A stretch of DNA of 64,000 nucleotides, from positions 1 through 64,000 of the forward strand of contig CALUHR010000001.1 in the NCBI GenBank assembly GCA_944320495.1, in the 5' to 3' direction. The notes beneath the pieces were generated by a model. It ran no database searches and was not told the origin of the DNA. It was given only the letters and a program-made list of their open reading frames with translations. The first letter of the stretch is position 1, and every line of letters starts with the position of its first letter. This document shows, in pieces, positions 22,318 through 31,771 of this stretch. Source of the DNA: Candidatus Methanomethylophilaceae archaeon. Lineage in GTDB: Archaea > Thermoplasmatota > Thermoplasmata > Methanomassiliicoccales > Methanomethylophilaceae. The translations under genes and the position numbers were made by a program.

Positions 22318-23502
22318 ATGAAGACCAAGAGCGAGGTAGTAGAACGTCTGAACGCCCCCCTCTGCATCTGCGACTCCACCCTCGGAGCCGGAGAGCAGGC
22401 CGCCGGTGTGGTGTTCTCGAACATCGAGAAATACAGGATCGCGCAGCACCTGGACAACGCCGGCGTCCCCCAGCTGGAGGTCGGGAACCCGATGGTGGGT
22501 ACCGAGGAGAAGACCGCCGTGAAGCACATCGCCCACATGGGGCTCAGTGCATCCGTCATGTCCACCAACAGGGCGGACATCGCGGACATCAACGCCAGCA
22601 TCGAGTGCGACGTGGACGCCGTCTCCATCTCGCTCCCCACCTCCCAGCTCCAGATGGCCGAGATCCTCGGCAAGGACTCCAACTGGGTGCTCGACAAGGT
22701 CTTCGAGGCCGCTTCGTACGCCGCGCAGCACGGCCTCTACATCTGCTGTGTCGCGGAGGACGCCTCCAGGGCCGACCTCGGTTTCCTCATAGAATACGCC
22801 AAGGCCGCCAAGGACGCCGGCGCCGACAGGTTCGGCTACGCGGACAGCATAGGCGTCGAGGATCCCTTCACCTGCAACGAGCGCATCAGGATGCTCAAGC
22901 AGATCTCCGGAATGGACGTGGAGATCATCACCCGCAACGACTTCGGCATGGCCACCGCGAACACCGTCGCCGCCGTCAAGGCAGGGGCCAGGTTCGCCAG
23001 GGTCACCGCGATGGGAATCGGCCCCAGGGCCGGATGTGCCCCGCTGGAGGAGGTCGTCATGGCCTCCAAGCACGTCCTCGGAATGGACACCGGCGTGGAC
23101 ACCGCCAAGCTCCGCCCAGTCGCCGAGTCCGTGTCCGTAGCCTCAGGCATCTCCATCTGGCCCAGCAAGCCCATCATAGGATCCAAGTGCTTCGCCCAGG
23201 AGACCGGGTTCGTCAACAACCCCGCCGTCACGGAGCCCTACGACCCCGCAGAGGTCGGAACCGAGAGGTCCCTGGTCATCGGAAAGCACTCCGTCAGGAA
23301 TACCATCGTCGCCGCCATGAGCGACATGGGCATCGAGATCAGCAGGAACGATGCGGAGAACCTCCTCGTCCTCGTGAGGAAGGCCTCCTCCCAGATGCAC
23401 CGCTGCCTCAACCAGAGCGAGCTGTTCCTGCTCTACGAGGATATGATGTCCGGCAACAACACCTTCGACGACGTCCCCGTCCAGGACGCATCAGTCCAGT
23501 GA
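22318..23502 (+). CDS. Homocitrate/isopropylmalate synthase family protein (NifV/AksA-like) with a degenerate active site
   Basis: DSTLGAGEQ, LEVG, AEDASRAD, NDFGMATAN and GKHS place it in the family; several catalytic residues are substituted. Confidence 0.85.
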   Translation: MKTKSEVVERLNAPLCICDSTLGAGEQAAGVVFSNIEKYRIAQHLDNAGVPQLEVGNPMVGTEEKTAVKHIAHMGLSASVMSTNRADIADINASIECDVDAVSISLPTSQLQMAEILGKDSNWVLDKVFEAASYAAQHGLYICCVAEDASRADLGFLIEYAKAAKDAGADRFGYADSIGVEDPFTCNERIRMLKQISGMDVEIITRNDFGMATANTVAAVKAGARFARVTAMGIGPRAGCAPLEEVVMASKHVLGMDTGVDTAKLRPVAESVSVASGISIWPSKPIIGSKCFAQETGFVNNPAVTEPYDPAEVGTERSLVIGKHSVRNTIVAAMSDMGIEISRNDAENLLVLVRKASSQMHRCLNQSELFLLYEDMMSGNNTFDDVPVQDASVQ

Positions 23503-23508
23503 AACCTC

Positions 23509-23528
23509 TCCGGCCCTCCGGGGCCGGA
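23509..23528 (+). terminator. Hairpin downstream of the AksA-like gene
   Basis: TCCGGCCC-TCCG-GGGCCGGA. Confidence 0.5.
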
Positions 23529-23614
23529 ATTATGCTATTCCTCATGTTCTAAGGTATTAATATCTAATCAGATACCATCAACAATATAAACCGAACCCGA
23601 AGGTCTGGCGGTCC

Positions 23615-23995
23615 ATGACCATCCTGAGGGTAAGCGAACTTATCGAATGCAAGCACATGACGAGCATACTCGCCTGTCTGTACATGCGCGGATCCATGGG
23701 CAAGAGCGAGATCTACGACACGATCTCCAACAGCCCCAACATGGCACTGAAGCTCCGCATCCTCTCCGATGAGGGGCTGGTGGAGTCGAACCAGGTGGGG
23801 AGGCGCACCGAGTACAGTCTGACCGAGAAGGGGAGCTCCGTCGCGGAGAAGCTCTGCGGGCTGGAGGAGCTCGTCTACGGGAGGGTCGGGGACCTGAACC
23901 ACCTGGAGGAGGGGACAATCCATCTGGACGGGGACGTCCCCGACGAGACCCGCGACTGGTTCGAGGACCGCAGGAGGGGCTGTTGTCCCCTGCGA
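23615..23995 (+). CDS. Winged-helix transcriptional regulator (HxlR/ArsR-like); ends at CGA
   Basis: wHTH pattern GKSEIYDTIS...KLRILSDEGLV...EYSLTEKG; CGA at 23993-23995 abuts the convergent paaK stop. Confidence 0.75.
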
Positions 23996-25297
23996 TCACT
24001 CGTAGCTCCTGTTGTCGGTGACGTGGTTCGCCTTGCCCTCGAACCTCTCCAGGGTCCCGGGCAGCTCGAGCCTGACGTCCGCCTTGATGTTGAGGACGCT
24101 CTTCAGACGGGCCGAGAGGGTCTTGGACATCTCGGCCAGCTTGTTCATGTCCTCGGTGAGGTACTCCTCGTTGAGCTCGACCCTGACGGTCATGGCGTCC
24201 ATGTAGTTGGCGTTCTCCAGGGTGATGTGGTAGAACGGGGAGAGGAACGGCAGCTCGCCGATGACGCTCTCGATCTGGGACGGGAACACGTTGACCCCGC
24301 GGACCACGAGCATGTCGTCGGTCCTTCCCGAGATCCTCGAGAGACGAGGGTGGGTCCTGCCGCAGGCGCACTTCTCCCAGGTGATCGAGGAGATGTCCCC
24401 CATTCTGTAACGGATCAGGGGGAACGCCTCCTTCTGGAGCATGGTGACGACGATCTGTCCCTTCTCGCCCTCGGCGCAGGGCTCGTCGTTCTCGTCGAGG
24501 ATCTCGACGTAGGCCAGGTCGGCCCAGACGTGGATGCCCTGCTGCTCGGAGCATTCGAGGAACATGGGTCCGGACATCTCGCTGGCCCCGTAGCAGTTGT
24601 GGACGCGGACGCCGGTCCTGTCCTGGAGCTTCCTCCTCATGCTCTCGGACCAGGGCTCGCCGCCGGCGATGGCCAGCTTGACCTTGGTGTCCCTGCGGAT
24701 GTCGACGCCGATCTTGTCGCAGACGTCGGCGATGTGGAACATGTAGGAGGGCGTCCCGGCCCAGGCGGTCACGGGGAGGTCCTGCATGAGCTGGATCTGC
24801 CTCTCGGTGTTCCCGGTGCTTATGGGCAGGACGGTGGCGCCGATCCTCTCCGCACCGTAGTGGACCCCGAGCCCTCCGGTGAAGAGGCCGTATCCGTGGA
24901 AGTTCTGGAGCATGTCCTTCTTGGTCATGCCGAAGGAGGTCATGCCCCTGGCTAGGGACTCGGTCCAGTTGTCCAGGTCCTTCTGTGTGTATCCGACGAC
25001 GGTCGGTCTGCCGGTGGTGCCAGACGAGACGTGGATCCTGGTGATGTCGTCGTAGGGGACGGTGAACAGCTTGTCCGGGTAGTTGTCCCTCAGGTCGGAC
25101 TTGCGCATGAACGGGACCTTGCGGAAGGCCTCGAAGCTGTCGATGTCCTCGGGGAGTACGCCGGCCTCGCGCATCCTGTCGTGGAAGAACGGGGACTTGT
25201 CATACATCTCGCGCACCTTGGCCTTGAGCAGGCTGAGCTGGAGCTTCTCCAGTTCCTCGCGCGGCATAGTCTCGATCCTCTCGTTCCAGAACGCCAT
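23996..25297 (-). CDS. paaK: Phenylacetate-CoA ligase family protein
   Basis: HVSSGTTGRPT, YGASE, IRYRMGD and GRTDDML motifs. Confidence 0.92.
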   Translation of the reverse strand: MAFWNERIETMPREELEKLQLSLLKAKVREMYDKSPFFHDRMREAGVLPEDIDSFEAFRKVPFMRKSDLRDNYPDKLFTVPYDDITRIHVSSGTTGRPTVVGYTQKDLDNWTESLARGMTSFGMTKKDMLQNFHGYGLFTGGLGVHYGAERIGATVLPISTGNTERQIQLMQDLPVTAWAGTPSYMFHIADVCDKIGVDIRRDTKVKLAIAGGEPWSESMRRKLQDRTGVRVHNCYGASEMSGPMFLECSEQQGIHVWADLAYVEILDENDEPCAEGEKGQIVVTMLQKEAFPLIRYRMGDISSITWEKCACGRTHPRLSRISGRTDDMLVVRGVNVFPSQIESVIGELPFLSPFYHITLENANYMDAMTVRVELNEEYLTEDMNKLAEMSKTLSARLKSVLNIKADVRLELPGTLERFEGKANHVTDNRSYE

Positions 25298-25413
25298 TTC
25301 CGTACCCTCTGCTATGTGCTATCATCTAGCACGGTTGGTCGCAGTTATGCATGCCCGTATATAAGGAGTGCGATGAGAAAGGAAATACTCCCCAGGAGGG
25401 GAGGAAGTGTTTT

Positions 25414-26376
25414 TCACTCGAGGGTGGCGGAGCCCGCGACGCGGAGCTTCCCGCCCTCGAGGTACATGATTGTGGCCTTGTCACCGGGCCTGTGGATGAT
25501 GTCCGACTCGAGCTCGAGGACGACGGAGGCGGACCTGAAGTCGCCGTCGCCGTCGACGGAGGCCACCCTGCAGGGGACCATCTGCATCCAGTGGCCGATG
25601 TGGAGCACCATGCCCTCCTTCAGGGGGCTGGGCCAGTACTTGACGAGGGAGATCTTGCCCTCGATCTTCCTAGACATCTTCACGGACGGGTCGGTAGTGA
25701 CGACGAATCCCCTGTCGAGCTCGTCGGACTCGATGCCACGGAGGGCTAGTCCGACGTGGTCGCCCTTGACACCGAAGTCCGCGTCGAGGTCGTGCTTCTG
25801 GATGGACTTGAGGGTGACTTCGCGCCTGATCGGGAACACGGTCATCTTGTCGTGCTTCCTGAACCATCCGTCGATGACGGATCCGAGGACCACGGTGCCG
25901 ACGCCGCGAACGTTGAAGTGGCTGTCCACGGGGCACGAGCCGCAGGTCCCGTCGCTGGGCTGCCTGCCGTCCGCCTTCGCCATGGCGATGAGCTCCTCGC
26001 GCAGCTTGATGGGGTCCTCGTCCCTGAACTCGTAGTTCTCCAGGCAGGTGCCCGCCAGCAGGGGCTTGAGCTGCTCCGGCTGGATGTAGTTGCGGAGGAC
26101 GATCCATCCCTTGTCGATGCCGAGGCTGTCCGTCATGACGATGGTCTCGCCCAGGAAGGAGTCGATGCTGTCCACGACGAGGATGGCGAACTCGGACATC
26201 GCCACCGAGTAGAACAGGGACGAGAGCTTCTCGGGGTACTTGGAGGGCTCGATCAGGGTGAAGGAGTCGGTCCCGGACTTGTAGTCGTAGAAGGTCATGT
26301 CGGTGACGGTTCCCTTCTTTCCGACCTCGCCGGCGAGGCCCTTGGCGCCGATGACGGCCACGTTCAGGTTGCCCAT
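25414..26376 (-). CDS. SelB-like / EF-Tu-like protein with a degenerate G domain
   Basis: GKKGTVTDMTFY; EF-Tu domain II motif VDSHFNVRGVGTVVLG...KSIQKHD...GDHVGLALRGI; no canonical P-loop. Confidence 0.8.
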   Translation of the reverse strand: MGNLNVAVIGAKGLAGEVGKKGTVTDMTFYDYKSGTDSFTLIEPSKYPEKLSSLFYSVAMSEFAILVVDSIDSFLGETIVMTDSLGIDKGWIVLRNYIQPEQLKPLLAGTCLENYEFRDEDPIKLREELIAMAKADGRQPSDGTCGSCPVDSHFNVRGVGTVVLGSVIDGWFRKHDKMTVFPIRREVTLKSIQKHDLDADFGVKGDHVGLALRGIESDELDRGFVVTTDPSVKMSRKIEGKISLVKYWPSPLKEGMVLHIGHWMQMVPCRVASVDGDGDFRSASVVLELESDIIHRPGDKATIMYLEGGKLRVAGSATLE

Positions 26377-26378
26377 GT

Positions 26379-26807
26379 TCAGATCTCCGCGTCGTCGAGG
26401 AGTCTGATGCCCGCCTTCTCGAGGATGTCGACGGCCTTCTCGGTGTCGTCGACGCGAACGAAGAGCACGCTGTCGCTCACTCCGGTGTAGAAGTAGCCGT
26501 ACTCGATGTTGACGCCGGCGTTGCCGAGTACGTCGGCGGCCTCGAAGAAGGAGTCCGCCGCGTCGGTGACCGCGATGGCGATGATGTCCGTCTTGCGGAT
26601 GATGATGCCCTTCTCCCTCAGCTTCTCGAAGGAGTCGTCGGGGTTCTCGACGATGGCCCTCAGGATGCCGAACTCGGCGGATTCCGCGAGGTTGAACGCC
26701 CTCACCCTGATGCCCACGGACTTGATTATCTTGCAGACGTTGGCCAGACGGCCAGGCTCGTTGTTCACGAAAATCGAAAGCTGGGTAATGATCTTGCTCT
26801 CATCCAT
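26379..26807 (-). CDS. ACT-domain protein (acetolactate synthase small-subunit-like)
   Basis: QLSIFVNNEPGRLA and AGVNIEYGY motifs; the usual neighbour of paaK. Confidence 0.88.
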   Translation of the reverse strand: MDESKIITQLSIFVNNEPGRLANVCKIIKSVGIRVRAFNLAESAEFGILRAIVENPDDSFEKLREKGIIIRKTDIIAIAVTDAADSFFEAADVLGNAGVNIEYGYFYTGVSDSVLFVRVDDTEKAVDILEKAGIRLLDDAEI

Positions 26808-28106
26808 TCAAATCACCCTTGTGTCGACGACCCTCTTGGCCTTGCCCTCGAACCTCGGCAGCTCGCCGGGAGCCTTGAGTTCCACCTTGGCATAGATGTT
26901 CAGGTACTTCTTCAGCTCGGCCTCGATCTTCGCCCTGAGCTGGGCCATCTGGGCCATGTTGTCGCTGAAGGCCTCCGGACGGATCTCGACCTGGACGGTC
27001 ATCTCGTCCAGGGCACCCTCTCTGGAGACGTAGATCATGTACTGCTGACCGACCTCGGGGATGCGCATGAGCGTGTACTCGATCTGGGACGGGAACACGT
27101 TGATTCCGCGGACGATGAGCATGTCGTCGGACCTTCCGGAGATCCTCCCGATGCGGGGGGACGTGCGTCCGCAGGCGCACTCGTCCTCCATGAGGTAGGA
27201 GATGTCGCGGATCCTGTAGCGGATCATGGGCATGGCCTCCTTCTGGAGCATGGTGACGACCATCTCTCCCTTGTCGCCGTTCTCGACGGGTTCCCCGGAG
27301 TCGGGGTCGACGATCTCGACGAGCATGATGTCGCCGGCGACGTGGATCCCGTTCCTCTCGGTGCACTCGGTGAACATGGGTCCGGCCTGCTCGGAGGTGC
27401 CGTAGATGTCGTAGGCCTCGATGCCCATCTCGTCATGGATGAACTTGCGCATGCTCTCGGACCAGGGCTCGGCTCCGAGCAGTCCCTTGCGGAGCTTGGT
27501 GTCGTTCTTGATGCTGACGCCCATGGAGTTGGCGACGTCGTTGAGGTGGATCAGGTAGGACGGGGTGCACGCGATGGCGGTGACGCCGAGGTCCTGGATG
27601 AGCTCTACCTGCCTCTGGGTGTTACCGGTGCTGGAGGGCAGGACGGTCGCCCCGACCTTCTCGCCGCCGTAGTGGGCGCCGAGACCGCCGGTGAACAGGC
27701 CGTAGCCGTAGGAGACCTGGAGGACGTCCCCAGGTCCGATGCCGACGGAGGTCATGGAGCGGGCGAGGGCCTCGGTCCAGTAGTCCAGGTCGTTCTGGGT
27801 GTATCCGACCAGCGTGGGCTTCCCGGTGGTCCCTGAGGAGACGTGGTACCTCACGATCTCGTTCTTCGGGACGGTGAAGAGCTTGTCCGGGTAGTTGTCG
27901 CGCAGGTCCTGCTTGTACATGAACGGGAGCTTGCGGATGTCCGCCAGACAGGTGATGTCGTCGGGGTGGACCTTGTTCTCGACCATGCGGTCGTGGTAGA
28001 ACTTGTTGAAGGAATAGAGGTTGTATACCAGCTGTTTGAGCTCGCGGTACTGAAGCTTCTTGAGCTCCTCCACGGGCATGCATTCGATTCTGGGGTTCCA
28101 GTACAT
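26808..28106 (-). CDS. paaK: Phenylacetate-CoA ligase family protein, second paralog
   Basis: HVSSGTTGKPT, YGTSEQAGP, IRYRIRD and GRSDDML motifs. Confidence 0.92.
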   Translation of the reverse strand: MYWNPRIECMPVEELKKLQYRELKQLVYNLYSFNKFYHDRMVENKVHPDDITCLADIRKLPFMYKQDLRDNYPDKLFTVPKNEIVRYHVSSGTTGKPTLVGYTQNDLDYWTEALARSMTSVGIGPGDVLQVSYGYGLFTGGLGAHYGGEKVGATVLPSSTGNTQRQVELIQDLGVTAIACTPSYLIHLNDVANSMGVSIKNDTKLRKGLLGAEPWSESMRKFIHDEMGIEAYDIYGTSEQAGPMFTECTERNGIHVAGDIMLVEIVDPDSGEPVENGDKGEMVVTMLQKEAMPMIRYRIRDISYLMEDECACGRTSPRIGRISGRSDDMLIVRGINVFPSQIEYTLMRIPEVGQQYMIYVSREGALDEMTVQVEIRPEAFSDNMAQMAQLRAKIEAELKKYLNIYAKVELKAPGELPRFEGKAKRVVDTRVI

Positions 28107-28178
28107 GTTCGCCCTCTGGGATTATACGGGCTCGATGCGCAGACACTACTAAAAAGATACTATCGCGATGGAGGGTGC

Positions 28179-28757
28179 ATGGGACAGCAGGACGTCTGGG
28201 ACTCGTTCTACCGCTCCAACGGCCGGGCGTGGAGGGGCAACTGCAGGATGCCGGACCCGCTGGGAGGCGGGGGCGACGCCCTCGACCTGGGGTGCGGGAG
28301 CGGCAAGAGCGTGTCCACGCTGATCGACATGGGCTACAGGGCGGTCGGCCTCGACTTCTCGGATGAGGCCGTGTCCATGTGCAGGGAGAGGTTCGGCGGG
28401 GCGGCGGAGTTCGTCTCCGGCGATGTGCTGGCACTGCCGTTCGATGACGGTTCCTTCGACTATGTGACGGCTGTCCATGTGCTCGAGCACCTGACCGACG
28501 AGGCTCTCCGTACGGCTGCGGGGGAGATCGCGAGGGTCCTGCGCCCGGGCGGATACGCCTTCGTCAGGGACTTCGCCCCGGGGGACCTGAGATCGGAATC
28601 CAGGGAGGGGTCCGACATCAGGTACATTCACCGCACCCCCGAGGAGCTGGTCTCAGCGTTCGGGGACGTGGAGGTCGTGTCGGCTGGTGTCGTGGAGGAG
28701 AAGACGCGGTTCGGGGCGGTCCGCCGCCGTTCCGAGGTCCTCCTGAGACGCAGGCGA
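28179..28757 (+). CDS. Class I SAM-dependent methyltransferase; ends at CGA
   Basis: ALDLGCGSGK, GDVLALPFDDGSFDYV and EIARVLRPGG motifs; ends SEVLLRRR then CGA at 28755-28757. Confidence 0.85.
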
Positions 28758-28808
28758 TGCTTCCCCGGTCATCGAAGCCTATATGTTGTCGGGCCCAATC
28801 GGCCGTTT

Positions 28809-29165
28809 ATGAAGTGCCCCCGTTGTGGTCACGAGAATCCGGATGAGGTCCTCTTCTGCGAGGAGTGCGACTGGAGGGTCGACGTCCCTTACATACCGGA
28901 GAAGAAGCGCAATCCAGTGCATTTCGCAGGCGCGACGATCGTCCTGGGACTCATCGCCGCGGTGTGCGCGTTCATGAGCGGAACCGAGCTCGTGGCACTG
29001 GCCGTCGGAGCCATCGCCCTCATCCTGGGAGGATACTCCATGGGCGTCGCCAGACTAGTCGAGACCGACAAGACCCAGCTGTGCCTCGCCATCTCAGGTG
29101 TCGGTATGATCCTCGGGGTCCTCGGATTCCTCATCGGCTTCGCGTCCTTCGTGGGAGCGATGTGA
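28809..29165 (+). CDS. Zinc-ribbon membrane protein
   Basis: CPRCGHEN...FCEEC plus three hydrophobic helices; CTATATG TATA-like element about 25 nt upstream. Confidence 0.8.
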   Translation: MKCPRCGHENPDEVLFCEECDWRVDVPYIPEKKRNPVHFAGATIVLGLIAAVCAFMSGTELVALAVGAIALILGGYSMGVARLVETDKTQLCLAISGVGMILGVLGFLIGFASFVGAM

Positions 29166-29686
29166 TGGCAGTCTACCGCGGGAAGTACATACTCGAGGGT
29201 CTCGGAAGCATAAGCCCCGAGATGGAGCACAACCTCGACATCGCCTACGACATCTGCATGTCCTACAAGGGGGACTTCCCCTGCGAGATGTGCGGGAGGT
29301 GCTGCCACCAGCCCCACATAGTCGTGAGGCCGGAGGAGATCGACCGCGTCTCCACGGCCGCGGGCATCCCCCTTCCCGTCTTCATGACCGAGTACCTGGT
29401 ACGCATGCCGGACGGAAGGTTCCTGTTCAGGAAGACCGATCCGTGCGCGTTCCTAGGGAAGGACAACAGGTGCACCATCTGGAAGGACCGTCCTCAGATC
29501 TGCGACGACTTCCCCTACGCGGTCTCGATGTTCATGAGCCGCGTGTATCTCGCGCTCACGAATCCTGACGCGGACATCATGTCCCTCATATCCTACATGG
29601 ATGACGAGTGGCCGTGCACTCGCGTCATCAAGGCGGACATAGCCTCCAAGATAGAGGCGGCCCGCAAGGACGTCGTCGTCCAGCGA
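29165..29686 (+). CDS. YkgJ-family cysteine-cluster (putative Fe-S/Zn) protein; ends at CGA
   Basis: CEMCGRCC, CAFLGKDNRCTIWKDRPQICDDFPY; CGA at 29684-29686. Confidence 0.85.
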
Positions 29687-30461
29687 TCGGGTGCTCCGAG
29701 AAGAAGCCGAGCAGCTCGTCCGCGTACGCGTCGAACGGTATGCCATGGCCCTGTCCCTCCAGGATGATCATCCTGCTGTCGGGGATGCGATCCGCCACCT
29801 TGATCCCCTGCTCGCAGGGGACCATGATGTCCTCGTCGCCGTGGATGAGCAGTGTCGGTGCGGTTATTCCGAGGTCCGGCTCGCCGGAATCGTTGTCGCC
29901 GATGGCGTCCAGCTGCAGGAGGAGACCGTGCGGGTCCAGGGGCTCACGCGGCAACGGTGCGTCCCTCCCCTCGGCCTCGAACCTCCTGAACGTGGACTCG
30001 GTCAGGCAGAACGCGTTTATCGACCTGAACAGGCACTCCATAGGGGCCCTCCCGTCCAGGACCATGCCGATCATCCCCCTCAGGACGTAATCCGATCTGG
30101 CCGGTCTCTGGAGATAGGTCCCCACGAGGGTCAGGTCGGCGACCCTGTCGGGATGCCTGCAGGCGAGCTTTCTCGCTATGTGGGATCCCATGGACCAACC
30201 CACCACATGCGCCTTCCCGATCCCGAGTTCGTCCATGACGGCGACGGCGTCGTCCGCCATGTCGGCCATCGAGAAGGGTCCGTCGTACACGGTGTCGCCC
30301 ACCCCGCGATTGTCCATCGTCACGCAGAGGCACCCATCGAGCAGAGGAGGTATCCTCCTCCAGTAGGAACCGGCGGCTCCGAACCCGGCCAGTAGGATGA
30401 CGGGCTCCCCGTCACCGGAGGTCTCGTAGCATATCCTGGCCCCGACGGATTCGGCGAACAT
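29676..30461 (-). CDS. Alpha/beta hydrolase; ends at CGA
   Basis: DNRGVG, GWSMG nucleophile elbow, IHGDED and GQGH motifs; ends ELLGFFSEHPIAG then CGA-CGA. Confidence 0.88.
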
Positions 30462-30532
30462 GAAGCCGTCATGTCCGCATCCGCCTTAAACCAACGCGTA
30501 GCATAATTATCGTGGTAGGCGATTCCGCGTGC

Positions 30533-31771
30533 ATGTCCGAGTCCAAGAAGAGGATCCTTCTGATGGTCCTCGACGGTGCCGGTGACCGCGCCTGTCCCGA
30601 ACTCAGGGGTCTCACCCCGTTGCAGCACGTCAGGACGCCGAACCTGGACTGGTTCGTCGAGCACGGGATCGCCGGGCTCTGCGATCCCATATCGCCCGGG
30701 GTGCGCGCCGGCAGCGACACCGCCCATCTCTCCATCCTGGGGTATGACGCCCGGGCCGTGTACACCGGCAGGGGTCCTTTCGAGGCCATCGGGGCGGGTG
30801 TGGACATACAGCCCGGCGATGTGGCGTTCAGATGTAACTTCGCCACCGTCAACAGCGACATGGAGATCCTGGACCGCAGGGCAGGCAGGATAAGGGAGCC
30901 TGAGACGGAACAGCTCGCCGAGGCGCTGGACGGCATAGAGATAGACGGGATCGAGTGCTCGGTCCACGCCGGAACGGAGCACAGGGCGGTGCTCGTCCTG
31001 AGGGGGGACGGGCTTTCGCCCGATGTCACGGACTGCGATCCGGGGGAGGACTCCCATCTGCTCAGGTGTGAGCCGCTCACCGAGGAGGCGCAACTCACCG
31101 CGGACGTCGTCAACGGATTCCTGGACGAGGCCTACGAGAGGCTAAGGTCTCACACCGTCAACAGGAAGAGGTCCGCCGCCGGCCTCCCTCCGGCCAACAT
31201 TCTGGTCCCCCGTGGGGCTGGCGGATATCCCGACATCGAGTCGTTCCAGGAGAAGTACGGCATCAGCGCAACCTGCGTTGCCGGTGTCGGTCTCGTCAAG
31301 GGCATATGCAAGGTCTGCGGACTGGACGTCTATCCGCTCCCGCCAGTCTGCGACGGGGGCATGGACTCTGATCTCATCATGAAGATGGAGGGAGTCCTCG
31401 AAGCTCTCGAGGAGTACGATTTCGTCCTGATGAACATCAAGGCCCCGGACGTGGCGGGGCATGACGGCGACGCCAAGGCGAAGAGCGAGGTCATCAAGCG
31501 TATAGACGCGGCGGTGGGATTCTTCCGTTCCAGGATGCCTGAGGACCTGGTCGTCGTGATTACCTGCGACCACTGCACCCCGTGCTCGCTCCAGGACCAT
31601 AGTGGCGATCCGGTGCCCATAGCGTTCTACACCCAGGGCATGATCTGGGACGATGCCGGGGAGTTCAGCGAGACCGGATGCTCCAGGGGCATGGTCGGGA
31701 GGATCAGGGCGACAGACATCATCCCGATCTGCATGGACCTGGCAAACCGCACGTCGAAGTTCGGATCGTGA
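30533..31771 (+). CDS. apgM: 2,3-bisphosphoglycerate-independent phosphoglycerate mutase (archaeal type)
   Basis: VLDGAGD, GSDTAHLSILGYD, YTGRGPFEA, KAPDVAGHDGD and TCDHCTP motifs. Confidence 0.93.
   Translation: MSESKKRILLMVLDGAGDRACPELRGLTPLQHVRTPNLDWFVEHGIAGLCDPISPGVRAGSDTAHLSILGYDARAVYTGRGPFEAIGAGVDIQPGDVAFRCNFATVNSDMEILDRRAGRIREPETEQLAEALDGIEIDGIECSVHAGTEHRAVLVLRGDGLSPDVTDCDPGEDSHLLRCEPLTEEAQLTADVVNGFLDEAYERLRSHTVNRKRSAAGLPPANILVPRGAGGYPDIESFQEKYGISATCVAGVGLVKGICKVCGLDVYPLPPVCDGGMDSDLIMKMEGVLEALEEYDFVLMNIKAPDVAGHDGDAKAKSEVIKRIDAAVGFFRSRMPEDLVVVITCDHCTPCSLQDHSGDPVPIAFYTQGMIWDDAGEFSETGCSRGMVGRIRATDIIPICMDLANRTSKFGS

Noticed and set aside
20932-23502. Genuine Pelota-homocitrate synthase fusion protein
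   Set aside because: The linker starts with CGA at the family C-terminus and contains a TATA box; the same pattern recurs at 16 other gene ends.
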